Below are positions 57,401 to 64,000 of a stretch of 64,000 bases of DNA, one piece after another; positions within the stretch are counted from its first letter, which is position 1, and each line of letters opens with the position of its first letter. The stretch lies in assembly GCA_963763665.1 (NCBI GenBank), contig CAVXPT010000005.1, positions 573,122-637,121 on the forward strand, given 5' to 3'. The position numbers and the translations under genes were made by a program. Under the pieces are notes generated by a model. It was given only the letters and a program-made list of their open reading frames with translations. It was not told where the DNA came from and did no database searches. The stretch comes from an uncultured Acidobacteriaceae bacterium (lineage in GTDB: Bacteria; Acidobacteriota; Terriglobia; Terriglobales; Acidobacteriaceae).

Positions 57401-58252
57401 GGCAGCATTGAGAGCGTCGTTCTGCAGGAAATCAAAAGCGCTCCCGTGAAAAGCGTTCGTGCCCGAGTTGAAGGCAAAGGAAACGATGCCGCTGGAGAGG
57501 CCATACTGCGCGGTCTGGTTGTTGTTGATCAGCTTGAATTGTCCGATGGCGTCGATGGGAGGGTGGTTGTTGCTGATGTCGCCCGACAGGTTGGTGTTGA
57601 CGATCGGAATGCCGTCGATGAACACCTCATTCGCGTAGCTGACGGAACCGCTGATGTGCAGGCGGTAGTCCGTGGCTCCTGTATTCGATCCAGGGCCAGG
57701 GGTGGAACTATTCACGCCCGGCGTGAGAAGAACGAAGTTCAGCGGATTGCGCATATCTCCATTCAGCGAGAGGGGCAGATCCTTGATCTCCTGCGGCGTG
57801 ATGGTGGTGCCGATGTCGGAGGTCTGGGTATCAATGGATGCGGAGGCGGCGGAAACAGTGACGGTCTGCTGCACCTGCCCTGGCTGGAGAGTGACCGTCA
57901 GGGCGACGGTGCTGCCGACTCCGACCTCGATGTGCTGCTGCACCGAGGTGCTGAAGCCGGTAGACTCCGCGGTCAGCGAGTAGGAGCCGGGGGCAAGATT
58001 CAGAAAATTGAACTGGCCGGAGGGGTCCGAGTTGGCGCTGGCGGAGACTCCGGTGGCTTCGTTCTTGAGGGTGATTTTTGCTCCGGGAACGCTGGCGTTC
58101 CTGGTGTCCTCAGCGACTCCCTTGATGGCTCCGCGATCTGCCTGGGCATGCAGGTAAGTCGGCGAAATCGTGGAGGTCATCACGATGGTGAAGAGCCCAC
58201 ATAGCAGGTATCGGATGCATTTCATCGTCGGCGCTCCCGTAAAGTTTTTCAT
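54479..58252 (-). CDS. Giant (1,257-aa) TonB-dependent-receptor-like outer-membrane protein with an N-terminal carboxypeptidase-regulatory-like domain
   Basis: Signal peptide ..TYLHAQA. Ig-like domain (IKGVAEDTRNASVPGAKITLKN..GSYSLTAESTGF). Plug-like block (ITPQEIKDLPLSLNGDMRN). Barrel ending ..QFGMKLEF. An alternative start is MKCIRYL at 58225. Confidence 0.8.
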   Translation of the reverse strand: MKNFTGAPTMKCIRYLLCGLFTIVMTSTISPTYLHAQADRGAIKGVAEDTRNASVPGAKITLKNEATGVSASANSDPSGQFNFLNLAPGSYSLTAESTGFSTSVQQHIEVGVGSTVALTVTLQPGQVQQTVTVSAASASIDTQTSDIGTTITPQEIKDLPLSLNGDMRNPLNFVLLTPGVNSSTPGPGSNTGATDYRLHISGSVSYANEVFIDGIPIVNTNLSGDISNNHPPIDAIGQFKLINNNQTAQYGLSSGIVSFAFNSGTNAFHGSAFDFLQNDALNAAGYVTNKLGLKKAPLRQNEFGGTFGGPVWIPKLYNGRDKTFFFVDYTGFKYRPSANNATLTTIPNSFRSGNFAPALGAQLVDSASGKPIFDPMGRPVYTGEVYNPLSVHTVVGPDGKSYQVRDPFPGNVIPSGAPGLSSVSQKVLQSFPTASNDAIFDNFVRQQSTKTDEHRLVVKIDEHINEKHSIAGSVFMGGFSHSTNGTLNLLDATSTTAPTKQFRLTYNYTHSPTLLNNLNIGFLRDTGFNGPLQPGPGLAALGITGLPELASDSPYPSIGIGTVQNGIGGGPASSDAENRYIVNDNVTMIRGRHTITVGGELRRLQRNEQGIPTGSFTFETTQTALNGTGFANGNAVSIPAGTGNAAASFLFGGMDFSRFDYPVSQGYRWWQVGGFAQDDWRVSPNLTLNLGLRYDVQVPRTEVKGDVSTMVPALANPGAGGIPGAFSFYGNGTGRNGKTRIGNTDYKGFQPRIGFAYSPGPDHKTSFRGGFAITRPLGNDNLENGIGSGLYALGFAGLATVNRPSDSIGSPAYNWDKQFPASSVSGANLNPGLLVGNDNPPLIYPKSGIPPTQIYWSGQMQQQVSSSMIATIGYVGMHTYHLGVWSKPNEVNPTAARQNYSAAAAAAGLPLNEFLALPITDSRVAAAGIKNPWPGFTSVFGNGATAGQALRPYPQYGDVDNPLNPIGSVSYNGLQSSLQKRFTQGLTFLLSYTFSKTIGNVDSNSGATAGAENAIFAGSFSQDYYNPKGDRSVTSSDIPHVVSLSYTYELPVGQGKRFLNHGGAVNKVVGGWSVSGIHQYQSGRPIHIEYDALGASNPFFAAGDGYSFRPNIVPGQPFKNPAYKRSCSGPVQATAGRNPCQFYINPAAFSLPAPGEFGNAPNLISALRMPAYINEDLSVSKRTSLYENLNLLFQANFFNALNRTIFSAGGNAQTFIVNGAPPNLSTGSLEQSNTVFGIMAAQQNSPRIIQFGMKLEF

Positions 58253-58884
58253 TTTGGCGGTCGATATTTAAACCTTTAACTACGAACGGCGTTGAGTTGA
58301 ACATGACGATAAGAACGCTGTCAACAGCTTTTCATGGTGGCTTTAAATACGGCAGAAGAGACCTTCGACAGGGCGGCCTGGAACCTCCGCCAATTCAGAT
58401 CCTTGGGAGGGCTTCGACAGCGCTGGAGCTGACACCGCCTGATTCCCGGTTCATCGCCGTCGCCTGCCTGCTGACAGATTGCCTCCTGCGGAGCGATGGC
58501 GGAATCGTGCAAATCGGGGTGACGGCCAGATCGATAGGGTGGGCTCGCAGGCCGTCAATAGGGCTCTCGCGCGCTTTGCTGCCAACCCTGGGAATGATTC
58601 CACCGTTCTTCCATTCTCGCGGCGGCGAACGAGCTTCCATTGACTCCGGCGGCGAAGATCTGCCGGGGCGAGGTCACGCGCAAATGTCTCGGTCGCGTGA
58701 AAACCGGTGATCATTTTTCGAAGATACTCAGAAGGCCGGGGAAGATTTCGATGGATGGTTTCTGCGGTATTGCCGAAATTCAAAGATGCGCCTGTTGATT
58801 TTCACGCGGCTTGCAGATCGTCAGTATTTAAAGGTTTTACCACCGCTTTGGAAGGATCGCGCGACCGTCCCGAGGACATCCTGC

Positions 58885-60069
58885 TTACAGGCTCAATTCC
58901 CTCTTTGCCTCGGCGAACTTCTCGATCGCAAATTCGATCTCTTTGCGGGTGTGAGCGGCGGATATCTGGGTGCGGATGCGTGCCTTGCCCTGGGGCACGA
59001 CGGGATAAGAAAAGGCCACGACATAGACACCCTTGCCGAGCAAGAGCTCCGCCATGCGGGATGCGACAACGGCGTCGCCGAACATCACCGGCACGATGGG
59101 ATGCTCGCCGGGCAGCACATTGAAACCGGCGCTGGTCATTTGCGCGCGGAAGTAGCGGGTATTTTCCCGCAGGCGTTCCCGGAGCTCGGAAGACTGAGCT
59201 ACCAGATCCAGCACCTTGAGTGACGCGGCAACGATGGGCGGCGCCACGGAATTTGAGAAGAGATAGGGCCGCGAGCGCTGGCGCAGCAGGTCGACGATCT
59301 CTTTGCGGCCGCTGGTGTAACCGCCGCTGGCGCCGCCGAGAGCCTTGCCGAGGGTTCCGGTCAGAATGTCGATCCGGCCTTCGACGCCGCATGCTTCGGG
59401 CGTTCCGCGGCCATGTTCGCCGATAAAGCCGACGGCATGGGAGTCGTCGACCATGACCAGCGCGTTGTGCTTGTCCGCGAGATCGCAGATCTTGTCGAGC
59501 CGCGCGAGATAGCCGTCCATGGAAAAGATGCCGTCGGTGGCGATCAGCCGATGCCTGGCGCCGCCGGCTTCCTTCAGCTTCTCTTCAAGGTCCTGCATGT
59601 CGCCGTTGCGATAGCGGAATCTCGCGGCCTTCGACAGGCGCACTCCATCAATAATGGAGGCGTGATTCAGCTCGTCGGAGATGATGGCGTCGTCGGCCTC
59701 CATCAGGGTCTCGAAGAGGCCGCCGTTGGCGTCGAAGCAGGAACTGTAAAGGATGGTGTCGTCCATGCCGAGGAAGCGGCTGAGACGATCCTCGAGCTGT
59801 TTGTGGATGGACTGCGTGCCACAGATGAAGCGCACGCTGGCCAGACCGTATCCCCACTGCCGGAGCGCCTGGTGCGCGGCTTCGACGACGTCAGGATGAT
59901 TTGCCAGGCCGAGATAGTTGTTGGCGCAGAGATTGAGGACCGGGGCGCCTTCCGCGACGGAGACCAGCGGCTGCTGCGGGCCGGCGATGATGCGCTCGCG
60001 CTTGTACAGGCCGGCTTTCTCAATCTCGGCCAGCTTTTGCTGAAGATGACTCTGCATGGTTCCGTACAT
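58885..60069 (-). CDS. kbl: 2-amino-3-ketobutyrate CoA ligase (glycine C-acetyltransferase)
   Basis: Collinear from memory with E. coli Kbl: [15 protein letters not shown]-type block ([16 protein letters not shown]), [34 protein letters not shown], and the PLP-lysine block [17 protein letters not shown] 60069 is preceded by GAGGTG; the track GTG 60081 is an alternative. Confidence 0.9.
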   Translation of the reverse strand: MYGTMQSHLQQKLAEIEKAGLYKRERIIAGPQQPLVSVAEGAPVLNLCANNYLGLANHPDVVEAAHQALRQWGYGLASVRFICGTQSIHKQLEDRLSRFLGMDDTILYSSCFDANGGLFETLMEADDAIISDELNHASIIDGVRLSKAARFRYRNGDMQDLEEKLKEAGGARHRLIATDGIFSMDGYLARLDKICDLADKHNALVMVDDSHAVGFIGEHGRGTPEACGVEGRIDILTGTLGKALGGASGGYTSGRKEIVDLLRQRSRPYLFSNSVAPPIVAASLKVLDLVAQSSELRERLRENTRYFRAQMTSAGFNVLPGEHPIVPVMFGDAVVASRMAELLLGKGVYVVAFSYPVVPQGKARIRTQISAAHTRKEIEFAIEKFAEAKRELSL

Positions 60070-60231
60070 TGCGCCGCTCACCTCTGTTTGAAAATGGCCG
60101 CATTCGATGCGTCAGTCAATCTTACCGGTTGATGGGTATGATGAGATGGTCTGGCGCTGCTGAAGCAATGCCGGCCGGACAGCGGTGAGCGTACGAAACT
60201 AAATCGAGGATCACGGCATAGGTAAAGCGGC

Positions 60232-61107
60232 ATGGTGAATCTGCTGGCAGCCATCGGTCTGGGATTTGTTCTCGGCATGCGCCATGCCACGGATCCCGAT
60301 CATGTCATTGCCGTTTCGACGATCGTGAGCCGTCAGCGAAGCATCCGGCAGGCGGGAGCGGTTGGCGCCCTGTGGGGCGTTGGCCACACCATTACCATCT
60401 TCTGTGTCGGCGCAGCCATTATTCTGTTCAACGTGGTCATTCCACCGCGCATCGGCCTGATCATGGAGATGGCCGTGGGGCTGATGCTGATCCTGCTCGG
60501 CATTCTGAACCTGACCGGGGTGACGCAGCGCATCACGCATCGCTATACGCCGCAGCACGATCATTCGGAACAGAGTCATGCGCAACACGGTGATACGCAA
60601 CAGGGTGATAACGGTGTGGCGCATTCGCATCGTCACCAGCATGACGGCGTCGCCCACGAACACATTCACGGCCACCGTCCGGAGGTCCACATGCATCTGG
60701 AGCCCGACACCGACGTTGAGGCCGAGGGGAAGCCACGAGGCTTCTTCCAGAATGTGCTGCGGAGGCTTGGGCTCTATCACTTTCTTCGGCCACTGGCGGT
60801 CGGCCTGGTGCATGGGCTCGCCGGCTCGGCGGCGGTTGCGCTGCTGGTGCTTGCGGAGATTCGCGACCCACGCTGGGCGATTGCGTATCTGCTGGTCTTC
60901 GGCGTTGGCACCATCGCCGGCATGATGCTGATCACGATGGCGATTGGCGCGCCATTCGCCTACACGCGCAAGCGCTTTGCGCCGTTCCACCGCGGCCTCG
61001 GGGTCGCGTCCGGCCTGCTCAGCCTGGGCTTCGGCCTCTTTATCACTTTCCAGATTGCTATCACCGATGGCCTCTTCGCCACACATCCTCATTGGATACC
61101 GCACTAG
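60232..61107 (+). CDS. NicO/RcnA-family nickel/cobalt transporter with a histidine-rich loop
   Basis: Signature RHATDPDH in TM2 and a repeated half-transporter topology. The central loop is rich in His and acidic residues (HRYTPQHDHSEQSHAQHGD..HSHRHQHDGVAHEHIHGH..HMH). Confidence 0.7.
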   Translation: MVNLLAAIGLGFVLGMRHATDPDHVIAVSTIVSRQRSIRQAGAVGALWGVGHTITIFCVGAAIILFNVVIPPRIGLIMEMAVGLMLILLGILNLTGVTQRITHRYTPQHDHSEQSHAQHGDTQQGDNGVAHSHRHQHDGVAHEHIHGHRPEVHMHLEPDTDVEAEGKPRGFFQNVLRRLGLYHFLRPLAVGLVHGLAGSAAVALLVLAEIRDPRWAIAYLLVFGVGTIAGMMLITMAIGAPFAYTRKRFAPFHRGLGVASGLLSLGFGLFITFQIAITDGLFATHPHWIPH

Positions 61108-61111
61108 ACCA

Positions 61112-61942
61112 ATGCCAGCCAAGAAAACTTCGAAATCGCCCTCGAGTCGCGCGGAAGAAAAGACCACCTACGCAACACCCGCGCTTGAAAAAGGACTCGA
61201 CGTTATTGAGCTGCTCGCGCATCAGCCTGGGGGGCTGACCAAGAGCGAGATCTCGCGTGAGCTGAAGCGAACCGTCTCTGAGATATTCCGCATGCTTCTC
61301 TGCCTGGAGCGCCGCGGCTTCATCGCGCAGGTGGACAACGAGCGCTATGCGCTGACGCTGAAGCTGTTCAAGCTGGTGCAGGAGCATCCGCCGACCGAAC
61401 GGCTCATCACCGAAGCTCTGCCCGTGATGCATCAGCTGGCTCACGAGACGCACCAATCGTGTCACATGGGCATCATCGAAGGCGCGCAGGTGACGATTCT
61501 GGCTCAAGTGAATGCGCCCACCAGTGTCGGTTTTTACGTCAAGCTTGGCTCGTCGGTCGAGTTGATGGAAGCCAGCACGGGATATGTGATCCTTGCCCAC
61601 CAGGATGATGAGCATCTCGCACGAACCCTGACGGAGTGGAAGCGGCTGACAGGAGACGACACGCCGGCGGATCTGCCGGCACACCTGGCGCGGATCAAGC
61701 GGCAGGGATTTGAATCACGCCCCAGTTATAAGGTGCGCGGAGTCACCAACATCAGTTATCCCATCTTCGACGCGAGAGGATCGGCGATTGGCGCTTTGAC
61801 GGTGCCATATATCCAGCACCTTGACGCGATCGCCAACGCGGCACAGGTGAGCGCGAGCCTGAAGAAAGCATCGCGAGAGATTACCGCGGCCATTGGTGGG
61901 AGAACACCACTCAAACGGCACGTCCAGCCGGCAGAAAAGTAA
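61112..61942 (+). CDS. IclR-family transcriptional regulator
   Basis: Winged-HTH block LEKGLDVIELLAHQPGGLTKSEISRELKRTVSEIFRMLLCLERRGF and an IclR effector domain (..GVTNISYPIFDARGSAIGALTVP). ATG 61112 is used because the track start 60944 overlaps the preceding gene. Confidence 0.9.
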   Translation: MPAKKTSKSPSSRAEEKTTYATPALEKGLDVIELLAHQPGGLTKSEISRELKRTVSEIFRMLLCLERRGFIAQVDNERYALTLKLFKLVQEHPPTERLITEALPVMHQLAHETHQSCHMGIIEGAQVTILAQVNAPTSVGFYVKLGSSVELMEASTGYVILAHQDDEHLARTLTEWKRLTGDDTPADLPAHLARIKRQGFESRPSYKVRGVTNISYPIFDARGSAIGALTVPYIQHLDAIANAAQVSASLKKASREITAAIGGRTPLKRHVQPAEK

Positions 61943-62014
61943 AGGAAAAATCCGCGGGGACAGAACCAAATGGCTCAGTCCCCGCGGCGGGAGAGTCGTA
62001 TCGCGTGCTTTCGC

Positions 62015-64000
62015 TTAGAAGGCGTACTTCAGCGAGAGCTGGAAGAAGCGCGCATCCGGCGTGTTGCTCTGGAAGAATTTCGTCCCGGTGATATTACCGC
62101 CGTTGTTGTTGACGCTGTTGTTCGGATTGCTCAACGTTGGATGGTTCAACACGTTGAAGCCATCCGCGCGAAACTGCAGATACTGCTCACGCCAGGTCGG
62201 GAAATTCTTGAAGAGAGACATATTCACCTGGTAGTAGCCCGGTCCGTAGATGTTGTTTGACCGGCCACCTAGAAACGCAATAGCCGTCTGCTTGTCCGTG
62301 ATGATCGAAGGATAGCCGGCTGTTCCAATCAGATTGCCAGGCAGCGGATTGCGGAAGGCGCATGGGTTATACCAGTTTGTCTTGGTCCGTGTCTTTGGTG
62401 CGCAGGTGACGCCCGGGTTGGACGGATCGGGTGAGCCGCCGGCGCCGAATGGATCGCGTACCGGGATCGCGCGTGCGCTGCCATTCGAAGCCGTGCTGTT
62501 GTTGGGCGAGACGGTAAACGGCGTACCCGTCTGCGCCGCAAAAGTGAGACTCGACGACCAGCCGCCGATGGTCTCATCCACAAGACGCGAATCATGGAGG
62601 AATGCCTTGTTCCTGCCGATGGGCAGCTCGTAGTTGCCGTTGAAGGTGAAGCGGTGACGGACGTCATACACCGAGTTGGTGAATTCGTCGATGAACGGTA
62701 TCAGCGCCACGTTGCGATCGCTGATGGCGCCGAAGTTCCCGGCGGCATCGCTCGCGTCATCCAGTGCATGCGCCCAGGTATAGGTGGTCAGGAACGACAG
62801 CCCGTGCGAGTACCGCTTCTCTATCTTCGCCTGCAGCGAGTTATAGGTACTGACGCCGGCATAGTGTATCTGGCCGACGCCCCCTAGATCGGGGAAGGGT
62901 TGATATTGCTGCGTGCTGACGCCCGGAGCAAAGAGGCCGGGAGGTGTGTTCGGCGCACCGTAGAGGGAGAGATGGCGTGACAGGTTGCCGACGTAACTGA
63001 TGGTGGCAGCGAGGTCATTGGAAAGCGCACGCTGCATGGAGAAGCTGTAGTTCATGGTGTAGGGCGTCTTGACGTCGACGTCGGTGGCGTGGAATCCGGG
63101 GAAGGAGACGAAGTTCTGGAAGCCGCCGCTGATCTGCGGCGTGAGGCCGGTCTCCAGCGTGATGCCCTTACTGTTGGCAAGCGAGGGGCAACTGCCAATG
63201 GCGCAGGTGGGAGCATAGAAGTTGGCCGAGTTAGAGAAGGGGAAGTTTGCCCCGATGTTGGTATTTCCCTGGGCCATGAGGCCGCCGTAGAAGATGCCGA
63301 AGCCGCCGCGGAAGACCGTGTTCGGCTGCGCCTGATACGCAAAGCCGACGCGCGGACCAAAGTTCGTCTTCTGCGCATTGGCCAGGCGCTCATTGTCCGA
63401 ATACTGCACCGTGACATTGTCCTTGGCGAGCGTGTTGAGGAACGATGCGCCGAGATCGACGCTCCTGGCCTTGGTGGGAAGCTGATAGATACCCGACCCG
63501 CTGCCGATGCCGAGCGGACCGGTCACGATGAAGTTGGCCTGCAGCCCACCTATCTCCTTATAGGGCTGGTAGTAGTCGTAGCGAAGGCCCAGGTTGAGCG
63601 TCAGCTTCGGACTCACCTTCCAGTCATCCTGCGCGTAGGCCGAGTCATACCACTGCGCATCACGTATGTTGGGCGCGTTTGCGATGTCGGCATAGTTCGA
63701 TTGGCCGGCAAGGAAATCGGCGACATCGTATCCGGTATTGCTGTCTCCAGGGATGCCGGTGTACACACCTTGTCCGTGATTCGAGCCACTGCCGAAGTAA
63801 TACTGGCCCAGCGATGCAGGTGCGTACAGATAGGAGAAGCGGACCGCCTGGAAGGACACGCCGAACTTGAGTGAGTGATTGCCAAGTATCTTGGTTACAT
63901 TGTCCAAGATCTGGTAGACATTCTGCGTTTCGTTGTTGGTTCCGACCGAGCCCCACTGCTGGATGCCGCCTTGCGGAAAATAGCCTAGCGGCAGGCCGAA
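62015..64000 (-). CDS. C-terminal ~660 aa of a third giant TonB-dependent-receptor-like outer-membrane protein; 5' end lies beyond the window
   Basis: The frame stays open from the track start (a TTG at 63907) up to nt 64000. It is a beta-barrel-type sequence ending ..QLSLKYAF. It is paralogous in style to 27463..31161 and 54479..58252 (e.g. HSLKFGVSF, LTLNLGLRYDYY). Confidence 0.75.
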   Translation of the reverse strand, partial: FGLPLGYFPQGGIQQWGSVGTNNETQNVYQILDNVTKILGNHSLKFGVSFQAVRFSYLYAPASLGQYYFGSGSNHGQGVYTGIPGDSNTGYDVADFLAGQSNYADIANAPNIRDAQWYDSAYAQDDWKVSPKLTLNLGLRYDYYQPYKEIGGLQANFIVTGPLGIGSGSGIYQLPTKARSVDLGASFLNTLAKDNVTVQYSDNERLANAQKTNFGPRVGFAYQAQPNTVFRGGFGIFYGGLMAQGNTNIGANFPFSNSANFYAPTCAIGSCPSLANSKGITLETGLTPQISGGFQNFVSFPGFHATDVDVKTPYTMNYSFSMQRALSNDLAATISYVGNLSRHLSLYGAPNTPPGLFAPGVSTQQYQPFPDLGGVGQIHYAGVSTYNSLQAKIEKRYSHGLSFLTTYTWAHALDDASDAAGNFGAISDRNVALIPFIDEFTNSVYDVRHRFTFNGNYELPIGRNKAFLHDSRLVDETIGGWSSSLTFAAQTGTPFTVSPNNSTASNGSARAIPVRDPFGAGGSPDPSNPGVTCAPKTRTKTNWYNPCAFRNPLPGNLIGTAGYPSIITDKQTAIAFLGGRSNNIYGPGYYQVNMSLFKNFPTWREQYLQFRADGFNVLNHPTLSNPNNSVNNNGGNITGTKFFQSNTPDARFFQLSLKYAF

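Noticed and set aside
55316-58204. 962-aa plus-strand ORF opposite the 1,257-aa TBDR gene
   Set aside because: It is an antisense shadow ORF (Gly/Arg/Ala/Val-rich, no motifs). The minus-strand product has a signal peptide, a CarboxypepD_reg domain, a plug and a terminal aromatic residue.
58297-58710. 137-aa plus-strand ORF in the kbl-TBDR gap
   Set aside because: The composition is not protein-like (Arg/Gly/Ser-rich). It has no motifs and overlaps equally long ORFs in other frames.
1-64000. Mobile elements, prophage genes, toxin-antitoxin pairs, restriction-modification or other known defence systems
   Set aside because: No transposase, integrase, phage structural, methyltransferase, helicase or toxin-like signature occurs in any ORF of the track. 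The only nuclease-like gene (12917..13783) sits with DNA-repair genes.

Overview
This is a GC-rich bacterial chromosomal window. I found no rRNA, tRNA, CRISPR array, transposase or integrase. The gene content looks like Acidobacteriota (Terriglobia-like): giant ~1,250-aa TonB-dependent receptors with N-terminal carboxypeptidase-regulatory-like domains, CRTAC1/ASPIC-UnbV FG-GAP proteins, long secreted TPR proteins and REP-like intergenic elements. That taxon call is inference only. Content in order: (1) a truncated BNR surface protein and a membrane-sensor-fused trehalose-6-P synthase. (2) A carbonyl-detoxification neighbourhood: a PaoABC-like molybdoenzyme, two aldo-keto reductases, a TetR regulator and a C19 homopolymer in the divergent promoter. 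(3) A Ku-less DNA ligase / primase-polymerase pair with a divergent PD-(D/E)xK nuclease; the polymerase is frameshifted. (4) A classical TonB-dependent receptor (TBDR), an MFS porter with a large periplasmic insertion, a decayed DUF488 gene and an amidase. (5) A LacI-linked giant-TBDR / TPR / CRTAC1 operon, followed by a heptahaem cytochrome c / Tat-CRTAC1 / TPR cluster. (6) An amino-sugar-like cluster: amidohydrolase, PfkB kinase, AgaS and a secreted GH-D-like hydrolase. (7) A second LacI regulon with FucU, GH172, an MFS porter, AraB-type kinase and a triply frameshifted FucI-like isomerase, preceded by a second giant-TBDR / TPR pair. (8) kbl, a His-rich NicO transporter, an IclR regulator and a third giant TBDR cut by the window end. 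The most interesting candidates are the recurring giant-TBDR + secreted-TPR (+ CRTAC1, + multihaem cytochrome) modules, which may be a SusD-less analogue of SusC/SusD. Next come the ligase / Prim-Pol / nuclease module, the GH172-centred pentose locus and the sensor-OtsA fusion. All product calls rest on motifs read by eye from the translations. No database search was run.
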